From: an uncultured Oligoflexus sp.
GTDB taxonomy: Bacteria; Bdellovibrionota_B; Oligoflexia; Oligoflexales; Oligoflexaceae
Length of the DNA: 21,434 bases
Direction of reading: 5' to 3'
NCBI GenBank assembly: GCA_964236955.1
Contig: CAXSGP010000070.1
Location: forward strand, 1-21,434
Position 1 is the first letter of the stretch. Each line of letters opens with the position of its first letter. Shown here one piece after another: positions 8,653 through 17,887 of this stretch. The position numbers and the translations under genes were made by a program. The notes below the pieces were generated by a model. It was not told the DNA's origin. It worked only from the letters and a program-made list of their open reading frames with translations, and ran no database searches.

Positions 8653-9872
8653 TAAAAGAAGAGGTTAAGGTCGAGTTGTGTAAAATCGGTAACGGCCAGG
8701 TTGCGGCTTTCGTATTGCTTGCGATATTCGACAGTCACATTCATGGGCAATGCGAATTCTTTGCGGCGATAGGCTTCAACTGTTGAGTAACCCGCGCGGG
8801 CTTCCCAATAGACGGCGTCCTGGTCGGTGGCTCTTTGCAATTCGTTTTTGGAGGCCAGATCGTTGACATCGTAGTCATCACCAAACTTACGGAAGTAAAG
8901 GGCACCGAGACCGCCGTTAAATCCAGAGTCCTGTTCAAACTGGAGGGAGACGCCGGCATCGACCTTGTCGCCTAATTTGAACTTGGTATTGTAGCGGGGT
9001 GCTTCTACCGTTTCCTCGAAGGTCTTCCAGCGCACGGCTTTCCTATCGCTCCGTTGATAGGTGTATTTCGCAAACTGATTGAGGAAAAGATGGGGCCCAA
9101 GAATCTGGTCGAAGGTGATCTGACCAAAGATATCCCATTGGCCGTCGCCATAGGGGAGATCGGTAAGGATATTGGGGTTATCCTTTCTGCCTGTGGGGGC
9201 TATTAAGCCAAGGGTTGCGCTAGATTTAAGGACCGGGCCATTGACGATAAGATCTTTGCCGGCGAGGGTTAGGTCACCCCAGCCCGACTGGTTCCAACCT
9301 TCTAGGGGTTGATACTGGTTTTTTTCAAGCCTGCCATTCAAACGATTCACGGCATCAGCGAACTTATCGGCAGCTTCCACCGCTGCGTAGTAATAGTTGA
9401 CCGCAGGCTCTTCGAAAGCCTTGAGGAGGGCATCGCCACCCGCGTTGGTTTTAAAGCCAACGTTGATATCCGTGCTGGTGCTGTAGTAAGGGAGGGCGGC
9501 AGCCAAAGTAATGGTATCGGTGATACCCCAGGCAAAAACCGGAGCCCACACGTTGATTTGTGCATTTAAACTGGCTCGAAAGTCACCGACGGTGTCGGTT
9601 TCCTGAAATCCGCGAGCTAGCATAAAGGCTTGCAGTTGCGCCTTTTTCAGGCCTTCTTCGCCTTGCAGAACGTTGCTGAGCTTGAGCGGCTTGTAAAGGT
9701 CGACAGCCAGCGAGACTTTGTCTCCGTGCAAATCTGTTTTTTGGCTGGTTTGCGTGTAGACGGAACGAATATCAAGATTGCGAACTCCCTTGGGGAGGAC
9801 CTTGGTCGATTCGAAGGCATAGATGGTAGTATTGCAGACGAAGGCCGCAAGTATAAATAGACGAACTTTCAT
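8652..9872 (-). CDS. Outer-membrane beta-barrel, COG4313/SphA (MetA-pathway phenol degradation)-like channel
   Basis: Signal peptide; motifs GWGDLTL, LGLIAPTG and YGDGQWD; amphipathic strands; terminal Phe (LDLNLFF). Confidence 0.65.
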   Translation of the reverse strand: MKVRLFILAAFVCNTTIYAFESTKVLPKGVRNLDIRSVYTQTSQKTDLHGDKVSLAVDLYKPLKLSNVLQGEEGLKKAQLQAFMLARGFQETDTVGDFRASLNAQINVWAPVFAWGITDTITLAAALPYYSTSTDINVGFKTNAGGDALLKAFEEPAVNYYYAAVEAADKFADAVNRLNGRLEKNQYQPLEGWNQSGWGDLTLAGKDLIVNGPVLKSSATLGLIAPTGRKDNPNILTDLPYGDGQWDIFGQITFDQILGPHLFLNQFAKYTYQRSDRKAVRWKTFEETVEAPRYNTKFKLGDKVDAGVSLQFEQDSGFNGGLGALYFRKFGDDYDVNDLASKNELQRATDQDAVYWEARAGYSTVEAYRRKEFALPMNVTVEYRKQYESRNLAVTDFTQLDLNLFF

Positions 9873-9890
9873 GGTCCTTGAGCCCTTATG

Positions 9891-9920
9891 AAAAAGGAGC
9901 CGGGCGGCTCCTTCTTTTTT
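9891..9920 (-). terminator. Intra-operon hairpin / intrinsic terminator
   Basis: Perfect stem AAGGAGCC-GGGC-GGCTCCTT flanked by A- and T-runs, between the 9927 and 9872 genes. Confidence 0.7.
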
Positions 9921-9926
9921 AGTCGA

Positions 9927-10778
9927 TTAGAGAGCAGCGCCGAACTTGGTGACTTCTTTAACACAGTGTTGCGTTTCAGCTCGGATCGCTTCGGGGATCA
10001 AATCGCCAGCTGAAAGGTATTCTGTGAAATTAGTAGCCGTTTCAAGGGCTAGTGCTTTCGCTTCTGCCTTGCGGCCATCGATCAGATTTAGCGTGGTGGC
10101 TTTGCGATAGAAGTTTTCGCAGAAGAGTTCGCCTAGAATATCGCCCTGCGATGCGATAGCGCCTTCGATCAAAGTCAAGGCTTCTTCGGGATTGTAAAGA
10201 CCGCCTGGGAGACCTTTGGCCTCAACGTTGCCCTTAACAGCAGCTTTTACACGAGCGAGGCCGCCGCCTTCATAAGTGTCCGCGCCTGGCGCTTCGAAGC
10301 CTTTGCTAAAGGTATCGAGAAGGACCGGCAATGAGAGGAGACGTTCCAATGGACTGGAAACTTCGGCTTCGTGCGCTAGGCAGGAGGCTTTGAAGTAGTA
10401 GTATACAGCGTTAGGAGCGCCGAGTTTTGCCGGAGAGATAGGCTCGATGGCTTTTTTCCAACATTCATTGAATACAGCTTTGCGTGCTTTCTTTTCAGCG
10501 TCGGTGCTCTTGCCGATAAGAACTTCACCTTGATAATAATAAGTCCGGGCCAAACCTTCGGTTGCGCTGATCAGATCAGCTCCTTTCACTCCGCTATCGA
10601 TAACGGCCTGGTAAGCCTTGCGAGCAGCCAAAGTGTTTGTCAATCCGCCGTCGATTCCCTTATCGCGGGTTGCGAACAAAGCGTTTGCACTAAGCAATGC
10701 CGTCGATGCGGTCTGTGCAAAAGAAGTGCCGCCCATGCCTAGAGCAACTAAAGCGCTCAATAAACTTTTTTTAATCAT
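9927..10778 (-). CDS. Secreted all-helical TPR-like protein resembling the TatT/BstC/RMD-type family
   Basis: Signal peptide MIKKSLL...SFA-Q. Helical repeats LARTYYYQG, YYFKASCLA and YEGGGLARV..LPGG....EALTLIEGAI. GAGGG RBS precedes ATG 10778. Confidence 0.6.
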   Translation of the reverse strand: MIKKSLLSALVALGMGGTSFAQTASTALLSANALFATRDKGIDGGLTNTLAARKAYQAVIDSGVKGADLISATEGLARTYYYQGEVLIGKSTDAEKKARKAVFNECWKKAIEPISPAKLGAPNAVYYYFKASCLAHEAEVSSPLERLLSLPVLLDTFSKGFEAPGADTYEGGGLARVKAAVKGNVEAKGLPGGLYNPEEALTLIEGAIASQGDILGELFCENFYRKATTLNLIDGRKAEAKALALETATNFTEYLSAGDLIPEAIRAETQHCVKEVTKFGAAL

Positions 10779-10824
10779 TGCAAATCCCTCTCTTGGTATT
10801 TTTTGAACAAAACAATATGTTGGC

Positions 10825-10853
10825 AAATTACCTGGCACATCCACAACTGTCAA
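10825..10853 (-). promoter_or_regulatory. Putative sigma-70 promoter for the envelope operon
   Basis: TTGACA (10853-10848), 17-nt spacer, TAATTT (10830-10825); about 45 nt upstream of ATG 10778. Confidence 0.55.
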
Positions 10854-11270
10854 TTCTGAAGCGGATATTCCCTGCATTCTCATGCTTGGCCTGAGTAAAC
10901 CAGAATGACTATTTTGGTATCCTATCCAATTCGTTCGCCTTTGTCCGGATGCAGAGAGGACGTTTTTTTTAACGATCTAAACTCTTCCCAAAAAGGAAAA
11001 TTCGATCTGTATCGATTTACTGACGCCGGGATCAGAACTCAAGTAATTCAGCGAATAATTGCTCAAAACTGAAACGCCATAAAGATCAAAGCCAGATTTG
11101 CGTTTTGAGAAAAAGCCGAAACAGTGTTAGGGCCATCTAATCGGGTCCACTCGGTTCAGTTTTTCCGTTGCAAACCTTATTGGTCGAAACTTAGGGACTT
11201 TTCATGACTCAAGATTTACCTTGCAGAGTATGTCATTGCTGAGTATGGAGAGGGAGAAAGGAGGCTATTT

Positions 11271-11975
11271 ATGCGTATACTTGTTGTCGAGGACGATAAA
11301 GCTTTAGCGAGTTTGCTTGTCCGTGCCCTGCGTGAGGAATCGTATGCAGTCGATTTGGCTCAGGATGGGCAGGAAGCGGAATGGCTGGCCTTTGAAAATC
11401 CCTACGATGCTGTCGTTTTGGATTTAATGCTTCCTATCAAAGACGGTTTAACTGTTTTGCGAAATTTGAGAGCAGGTGGGATTTCGACCCCAGTGCTCAT
11501 ACTTACGGCTAAAGACACGACGGCTGATATCGTTCGTGGACTCGATGAAGGAGGCGACGATTACCTTCGCAAGCCTTTTAGCCTCGATGAACTCCTGGCA
11601 CGCGTCAGAGCTCTTTTGCGCCGCAAAGAAACGGATATTGCGACCGTTCTTGAAGTGGGACCGATCAAAATCGATCCGGCTAAAAAACTGGTCACTCGCG
11701 ACGGCAAGCCCATCGATCTTACCGCTAAAGAATATGCTCTTATGGAATACTTCGGCCGCAATGCGGGCGTTGTGCTGAGTCGGACCCAGCTTTCCGAACA
11801 CGTCTGGGATATGAACTTTGAACCGAGTTCCAATGTCGTCGATGTTTACGTCGGTTACCTGCGCAACAAGATTGATAAACCCTGGGATAGCGGCTTCATA
11901 AAAACTATGCGCGGCCACGGTTATATGCTCGACGTCGATCATTCCATGCCAGCCAGTACAGGCCCAGACCATTGA
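11271..11975 (+). CDS. OmpR/PhoB-family response regulator (CusR/CzcR-like)
   Basis: Receiver motifs VVEDD, LDLMLP and KPF; winged helix LTAKEY...SNVVDVYVGYLRNKID...RGHGY; AAGGAGG RBS. Confidence 0.95.
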   Translation: MRILVVEDDKALASLLVRALREESYAVDLAQDGQEAEWLAFENPYDAVVLDLMLPIKDGLTVLRNLRAGGISTPVLILTAKDTTADIVRGLDEGGDDYLRKPFSLDELLARVRALLRRKETDIATVLEVGPIKIDPAKKLVTRDGKPIDLTAKEYALMEYFGRNAGVVLSRTQLSEHVWDMNFEPSSNVVDVYVGYLRNKIDKPWDSGFIKTMRGHGYMLDVDHSMPASTGPDH

Positions 11976-11984
11976 GAGGTTTTT

Positions 11985-13571
11985 GTGCTCGAAAGAATTC
12001 CTATTCGGATTAGACTGTCGCTGAGTCATGCACTTTCCATGGCTTTGCTCTTTTCGGTGATCGGAATGGGTGTCTTTCGGGTCGTTGAGGACAGTGTTTT
12101 TCAGGCGCTCGATACGACCCTCCTGACCTCTGCAAAAACCCTTCGTGATGCACAGATGTCGCAAGCGGATCGTACATCGGCCTTTCGCAATCCCCTCTAT
12201 TGGGAATCGATGATAGACGAATTTTTTGGTGGCCAGCGTTATGTGAAGGCCTATGCCCAGCTTGTCGATACTTCGGGTAAGGTACGCGCCCGCACCAACA
12301 ATATGCGGGTGAACCTGCCCGTCACACCTCTCGCTCTGTCTCGTTCCGACAAAGGTCTGGAGACGTATGAAACCTTTAGCAATTCCTCAAGCAGCACGTG
12401 GCGGCAAATCACTTTGCCCGTGGTCCGAAACAATAAATTTACCGGTGAGCTCATTCAGGTCGGAGCCTCCATCGCCTCGTCGACCAATACTGTAAACTCG
12501 GTGAAGGTTATGCTTTGGGTCTCTCTTTCCCTGGGCCTGATCGCTTCCGTTCTGTTTGGTTATCTTTTGCTCAAATGGTCCTTTAAACCCGTGGCGCGCA
12601 TCACCAACGAAGTTGCACGCATGGGTTTTACCGACAACTTTGATCGGCGCTTGAAACTTCCTAAAGCCGATGATGAGCTTCGCCAACTGGTGCGAACTTT
12701 CAATGAGATGCTTGGACGGATCGAAGACGGCTTTGGCCGATTGCGACGCTTTGCCGGTGACGTGAGCCATGAGTTGCGCACGCCCATCGCCGTTTTGCGA
12801 GGCGAAGCTGAACTTGCGCTGAGGCGGGAACGCTCAGGGGAAGAATACCGTGAGACCCTGCTCACGATCGTCAATGAATCCTCGCAGATGTCCGCCATCG
12901 TTGAGGACCTCCTTCTTCTCGCTCGAGCCCAAGGCGAGTCTATCCCCATACATCCCGAATCGGTGGCCGTGCGCGACCTCGTGAATGAACTTGAGCATAG
13001 CGTCCGCAAAAACTTCGAGGAAAAACAGGTTGTCCTGACGACTTCGCTTGGGGATTTGGGCGGCTATTATCTGCAGATTGCCAAGGGTTATATCGTTATT
13101 GCCATCAAGAATATTCTGCTCAATGCCTGCAAACATTCGAGTTCCAGCCAGGCCGTTGAACTCGAGGTTCGTGAAACCGCGAGCGAAATTCGATTTGTTA
13201 TTATCGATCATGGTGAAGGCATTCCTCTGGAGGATATGCCCTATATCTTTGATCTTTTTTACCGGGCTGATACGGCTCGGAATCGTTCGACTGGCGGCGT
13301 GGGCATCGGCTTAAGTTTGGCTAGAGCTTTGATCCATCTGCATGGCGGTAAAATTGAGGTTTCGACGACTGAGGGTGGTGGCGCGAGCTTTGTTGTGGCG
13401 CTTCCCAAAGAAAAAACCAAGCTGCCCGAACTGGCGCCGACGATGACGCAAAAGTTAATCAGTCAGGGTAAGAATCTAAGTCGGTGGCCTCTTCTTGGCT
13501 TTCGGTTTCCGGGTTCCAGGCCATCGCCTCGGCCAGCGCTAAGCTCGAAAGAGCCTCTTCCGAGGCCGTAA
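11985..13571 (+). CDS. Sensor histidine kinase (2TM-HAMP-HisKA-HATPase, CusS/CzcS-like)
   Basis: H-box VSHELRTP, N-box NILLNACKH, G1 DHGEGI, F IFDLFYR, G2 GVGIGLSL; two TM helices. Confidence 0.95.
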   Translation: MLERIPIRIRLSLSHALSMALLFSVIGMGVFRVVEDSVFQALDTTLLTSAKTLRDAQMSQADRTSAFRNPLYWESMIDEFFGGQRYVKAYAQLVDTSGKVRARTNNMRVNLPVTPLALSRSDKGLETYETFSNSSSSTWRQITLPVVRNNKFTGELIQVGASIASSTNTVNSVKVMLWVSLSLGLIASVLFGYLLLKWSFKPVARITNEVARMGFTDNFDRRLKLPKADDELRQLVRTFNEMLGRIEDGFGRLRRFAGDVSHELRTPIAVLRGEAELALRRERSGEEYRETLLTIVNESSQMSAIVEDLLLLARAQGESIPIHPESVAVRDLVNELEHSVRKNFEEKQVVLTTSLGDLGGYYLQIAKGYIVIAIKNILLNACKHSSSSQAVELEVRETASEIRFVIIDHGEGIPLEDMPYIFDLFYRADTARNRSTGGVGIGLSLARALIHLHGGKIEVSTTEGGGASFVVALPKEKTKLPELAPTMTQKLISQGKNLSRWPLLGFRFPGSRPSPRPALSSKEPLPRP

Positions 13572-14808
13572 GGTAGGCGATAAGAGCTTCATGATATTCG
13601 ATGTGGGTGTCGTGGGTAGCTTCCGTGATGGCCTCCAACCAGACATTGGCATTGCCCATCAGCTTGGTTTTGACCGCGGCAAATGAAATTTTATGACTGG
13701 GAAAGCGGGGGAAAAATTCCTCGGTCCCATTTTTTTTGCCTTCATTGTGGCGGCAGATAACGAGATCGACCAAGGCTAGCTCCGAAAAAGCCTTACGCAC
13801 GACGGTGGTCGTAACGAAAAGTTCTTTCGACAGATGTTCGGCGGAGCAGGGTTCGGCCCGTTCAAAGGCCTCGTAGGTCTTGACGAGAACGATAAAGGGC
13901 AAAATGATTTCAAAGTAATCCTCTTTGAGATCGCGGTTCATAAAAGTGCTGTCGAAGGATCCGCGCGGAAGTCCATCCATCACCCGCTTGGTCACCAGCG
14001 CGCCGATAAGGGTGATGAGCCACATAATATAGAGCCAAAGAAGAAAGATGGGAAGGGCCGCAAGCGCTCCGTAGATGGCTTGGTATCGCGTAAAGTTACT
14101 GACATAAATCGAGAAGAAGCGCACCGCCTGGGTGAAGAGTATCGTAGCGGTCACGGCTCCAAAGAAGGCGTGTCTAAGTTTGATGTAGCGATTGGGCCCA
14201 AATTTATAAATGGAAATGAAAAGAAAAGTCAGGCCGCCCCAATAGGCAAAATCGCGGACAATTTTCTGAGAAAGTGTCAATTCAAAATATCTTGAGCTCC
14301 AGGCAAAGCTCGAGAGGGTACCGACCGAGATGCCAAGTCCAAAGGTTCCGAGAGTGAGCACGATCCAAAAGTATAAAAAACGCTGCACCATCGTGCGCTT
14401 TTCTTTGACTTCGAAAATGCGGTTGAGGGCAACTTCGATCTGCTGCAGAAGAAGGGTAAGGGTGACGAGCGTACTGACTAATCCCGTTGCTCCAATCTTT
14501 TTGAAGTCGGTGTTGGAGAGGAAGCCCTGCAGATATTCGATAGCCTGCTCCCCGCTTCCCGTAGCGAGATTAGAGAGGATAAAGCTTTCGGCACTTTTCA
14601 GCAGACTGGAGCTTTCGCCAAACAGGGGTGTAAAGAGCGAGACGAGGGCAAAAATAGCGGCCAGGGAGGGAATAAGGGAAAAGAGGGTAACGTATGCCAT
14701 TGCATAAGCGTCTTTAAAGATATCGACTTTATTTGCTTCTTTCCAAATCAGCCATAGGAAACGGACCGCCGGGATATTTTTAATTCGAGATTTCACCATC
14801 CTTGGCAA
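13459..14808 (-). CDS. YihY/virulence factor BrkB family membrane protein with C-terminal winged-HTH-like region
   Basis: AMAYVTLFSLIP, ALNRIF and YQAIYGALAALPIFLLWLY..W.I.L.GA motifs. Start may be ATG 14799. Confidence 0.9.
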   Translation of the reverse strand: MPRMVKSRIKNIPAVRFLWLIWKEANKVDIFKDAYAMAYVTLFSLIPSLAAIFALVSLFTPLFGESSSLLKSAESFILSNLATGSGEQAIEYLQGFLSNTDFKKIGATGLVSTLVTLTLLLQQIEVALNRIFEVKEKRTMVQRFLYFWIVLTLGTFGLGISVGTLSSFAWSSRYFELTLSQKIVRDFAYWGGLTFLFISIYKFGPNRYIKLRHAFFGAVTATILFTQAVRFFSIYVSNFTRYQAIYGALAALPIFLLWLYIMWLITLIGALVTKRVMDGLPRGSFDSTFMNRDLKEDYFEIILPFIVLVKTYEAFERAEPCSAEHLSKELFVTTTVVRKAFSELALVDLVICRHNEGKKNGTEEFFPRFPSHKISFAAVKTKLMGNANVWLEAITEATHDTHIEYHEALIAYLTASEEALSSLALAEAMAWNPETESQEEATDLDSYPD

Positions 14809-14817
14809 ATTCCTTAT

Positions 14818-15417
14818 TTAATGCAGGTGAGTTTCGGCTTGACCCCTGACTTGGATCCACTGACGAATCGCAGGTAGCTCCCGATCGCGCCATTGCGCTT
14901 CGGCACGAACAGCTAGAAATTTCAGAAACAATCCGTCCAACGCCGCAAGAAAGATGTCGGTCATCTGAAGGCGGTAGGCTAAACCCAGCGAAGCGGGGGC
15001 ACCTTCCTGAGTATGATTAGGAAGATAGATGGATTTAGGGGAAAGATCCTTCGCCGACAGGAGGGATATAAAATCTCCATAGGGATCGATATGAAAGCCC
15101 AGTCGCAGCTCTTTGACGACCTTGCCTGATTTCAATGAAAACTCAGCTTCGAGACTGCGACTGGGTTCGCCACCTTTAAAGGTATGAACTTGTCCTTTGT
15201 TATCATGGGATTCGAGCACCAAACGGTCTTCAACCCAGAGCTTGACAGCTGTTCTGCCCAGGCGGGGAAATTCAATTTCCACAGGATTGTCAGCGGATTC
15301 GGCAAAATACCAAATCCATAGCAGAAAATCGCCCGCCAAAAAAGATTTGGCCTGCATCAGATCGACCCAGGGTTTGATGGCTTCGATTTGTTCCTTCGCT
15401 TTTGACGCGCTGCCCAT
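14818..15417 (-). CDS. Conserved hypothetical protein, RdgC-related
   Basis: FLAGDFLLWIWY and GEPS.S.EA...LKSGK.V.EL resemble delta-lineage RdgC-like proteins (recognised from memory); GGAG RBS. Confidence 0.5.
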   Translation of the reverse strand: MGSASKAKEQIEAIKPWVDLMQAKSFLAGDFLLWIWYFAESADNPVEIEFPRLGRTAVKLWVEDRLVLESHDNKGQVHTFKGGEPSRSLEAEFSLKSGKVVKELRLGFHIDPYGDFISLLSAKDLSPKSIYLPNHTQEGAPASLGLAYRLQMTDIFLAALDGLFLKFLAVRAEAQWRDRELPAIRQWIQVRGQAETHLH

Positions 15418-15532
15418 ACTATACTCCGCCGTAAACAGTCGTTTCTCTTCTTCGGGAGCAGCATAGTGTAAGAAGGGATGGTGAGAAATGAGTTTTCATT
15501 GCTCTTAATCCGCTCAGGGATGGAGGTCGATT

Positions 15533-16006
15533 ATGAAAAAACGCAAGAATCAGCAGAATTCTCATACAAATAAGAATGTTTCGTCCTCGTCCCTGCACTT
15601 CGAACTTGAGGAGAATGCCCTTGAACTCATGGAGGAGCACCTCGCCCTATTTAAGCCATGCGTCAAAGATGCCGACAGAGGAGCGCGTCAGGAAAGTCCC
15701 AGGCAGCCGGTGCGTCACACGGTAGAGATTGACCTTCATGGCTTGACCCTCGAGGAAGCCGAACGCTGGGTTATGAATGCCATAGATCGTGTTGCACCGA
15801 GTCGGGACAAACGGACCTATAAGATTATTACCGGCAAAGGTCGGCACAGCAATGCGGGGCGAGGGGTTCTCATCCGGGAAATTTATCTCTTCGTGCTTCA
15901 CCGCTATGGCCCCTGGATCGAGCGCATAGAAGAATCTCCGGATGGTGTGCGATTGGGTGGCGAGGCAATTCGGGGGCACTTTCACGTTACTTTGAAAGGG
16001 CCATGA
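15533..16006 (+). CDS. Standalone Smr/MutS2-domain protein
   Basis: IDLHGLTLEEA and IITGKGRHS...GVL motifs; GGAGG RBS. Confidence 0.9.
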   Translation: MKKRKNQQNSHTNKNVSSSSLHFELEENALELMEEHLALFKPCVKDADRGARQESPRQPVRHTVEIDLHGLTLEEAERWVMNAIDRVAPSRDKRTYKIITGKGRHSNAGRGVLIREIYLFVLHRYGPWIERIEESPDGVRLGGEAIRGHFHVTLKGP

Positions 16007-16025
16007 ACAAAGTGGAGGGTATGGG

Positions 16026-17837
16026 ATGATTGAGCGGCAGAAAAGAGTTAATCTGAAGCCGATTCCTGATTTGGAAATAGGAATCGTGGACCTTAAGCCG
16101 GAAATCGTTGAAGCCGAAGTTCAGCCCAACTCTCTTCATTTTCGCATTGTTCACAAGAAAGGCTTGAAATCCCATGGCAAGGTCTTCGTATGGGCCGGCG
16201 TGTTGATCTTACTTGCCTTCGTATCAATGTCGGCCCTTTTGCGCTTTGTCCCAGAGTTTCGGGAGGGGGTTATCCTATCAGTCCGGGATGCGGCAAAAAA
16301 TATTCAAAACGAACATGTAAATCAAGTTTTGCGACCAGTCTTGGGCGTCTTCAGCAAAGCCCTTAAGGCGCATCGCCCCCTTAAAGCCGTCGTTGCTGCT
16401 GAACCTGTCACCAATTCCTCGGGTACTTGCGGCGCCTATATTACCGGTGCTATCTCCAAAAAAATAAAGACCGCCCTAGCCGATGCAGAATTTCTCTATT
16501 TGATCAACTGTGAACTCTTTCAGGATTCGCCAAAGTTTGCCCTTCAGTCGCTGCAGAAAAAAAATATCACGCTCGCTATAGGAACCCCGTGGGAAGGGAT
16601 GCCGTTGAGCCTTCTGACTTTAGAAGCCAACCGCCGCATGGCACCGCTGAGCCCTCTGCCCCTATTTCCAAAGCAAAGCTGCCTGCGATGGATGCCGAGC
16701 TCGGATTGCCTGATGCGTTATGTCGACGAATCCCGGGCATCCTTCAAAAGTCGCTGGCAGGATGGTTTTAAGGCTCTGGAGAAGGATATTTCCAAGCAGG
16801 TTCCCGTCGTCAAAGCCTGGTTTTACTTCGCCAGTAGCCTTTACGCGACGAAGGATAGAGAGTATACAAAAGCCAACCAATATCTGCACATGGCCTCAGA
16901 TCACCTGGGTGAGGAGCCCAATCCTTATCTCGAGCGGGAGATCTATCGCAGCGGCACGATCAACGCATTTTTATCGAAGGATAATGCGCTTGTCAGCAGC
17001 GCCTTGAGCTTGATGCCAGTGAAACGAGTGGCCGAAGCGCCTAACGCATTTTTAGATACCGAACTTCTCGAACAGATTCGTGGCAAAGAAGGGCGTTCCC
17101 TGCTCGAGGCCTATCTCACGCAACCGGAGGCGGCTCAAAGATTTGCTGCGGATCCTCGCTTTTTGGCCATAATCCTTGGCCAAACCCAGAGGTTTCACCT
17201 AGAGCCGCACGGGTTAAACCTTGCAAGTCAAGTCTTTGGTCCTAAGGAAAAAATTCGCGCCGAAGCAATCGGCGAAGCGATGGTTCTTCTCTATGCGCGA
17301 ATGTGGATAGGAGCCGATAAAAGTTTTGACGCCTTGGAAATTCTCACGCAGCTTGAAAAGGCTGGCTACCGATCGGCGGAACTCTATCATCTGAAAGGTC
17401 TGGCTCAGCTCTTTTCCTTTAAAAAACCAGAGGTGCGTCTGCTGGCCGCAAAGGATTTTCAGACGGCCGCGAGCCTTAGCAAAAACGAAGAGAGTCTCTT
17501 TGCCATGTTGATCGCTCTGCTCGACGCCAAAGATCGAAGCAAAGCCAATCAAGTCATGCTGGAATGGAAGAAGCTTGGGCCCTCGGCGCAGAAATCGCAG
17601 TGGTTTGGTTTTGCGCAAGGCCTGATTAGTTATACTGAGGGCAACAAGGAAGTAGCGCAATCGTCTTGGGATGCTACCGAATTGGCTCATAAAAGCAGTA
17701 GTCTATGGACTACATTGAGAAACAATCTCGCCTCCGATCCGACCTACCTCGATCGGGATTTGGCCAAAACTCTGGGCATGCTTTTGGGCCCTGATTCGCC
17801 ACTAGGAAGTTTGGCGGTTTTTGGCCAAAAATCTTGA
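16026..17837 (+). CDS. Membrane-anchored helical/TPR-like hypothetical protein
   Basis: One N-terminal TM (VFVWAGVLILLAFVSM) and TPR-like segments (LYHLKGLA, FAQGLISY..GN.E.A); GGAGG RBS. Confidence 0.7.
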   Translation: MIERQKRVNLKPIPDLEIGIVDLKPEIVEAEVQPNSLHFRIVHKKGLKSHGKVFVWAGVLILLAFVSMSALLRFVPEFREGVILSVRDAAKNIQNEHVNQVLRPVLGVFSKALKAHRPLKAVVAAEPVTNSSGTCGAYITGAISKKIKTALADAEFLYLINCELFQDSPKFALQSLQKKNITLAIGTPWEGMPLSLLTLEANRRMAPLSPLPLFPKQSCLRWMPSSDCLMRYVDESRASFKSRWQDGFKALEKDISKQVPVVKAWFYFASSLYATKDREYTKANQYLHMASDHLGEEPNPYLEREIYRSGTINAFLSKDNALVSSALSLMPVKRVAEAPNAFLDTELLEQIRGKEGRSLLEAYLTQPEAAQRFAADPRFLAIILGQTQRFHLEPHGLNLASQVFGPKEKIRAEAIGEAMVLLYARMWIGADKSFDALEILTQLEKAGYRSAELYHLKGLAQLFSFKKPEVRLLAAKDFQTAASLSKNEESLFAMLIALLDAKDRSKANQVMLEWKKLGPSAQKSQWFGFAQGLISYTEGNKEVAQSSWDATELAHKSSSLWTTLRNNLASDPTYLDRDLAKTLGMLLGPDSPLGSLAVFGQKS

Positions 17838-17887
17838 GATCCTAGGCTCATGTGTTATAAGTGCGGCTCGCGTATAAGGAGTCCGTC

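Noticed and set aside
11169..11205. c-di-GMP-I riboswitch-like GCAAACC...GAAA...GGGAC
   Set aside because: It lacks the following GCAAAG and the P3 stem, and P2 pairing is poor.
11204..11236. CusR-box-like ATGAC...GTCAT
   Set aside because: The half-sites are much further apart than in a CusR box.
11448..12164. 238-aa antisense ORF and similar shadow ORFs (e.g. 1064-1489, 13834-14295, 17214-17690)
   Set aside because: They lie opposite well-supported genes and have no recognisable motifs.
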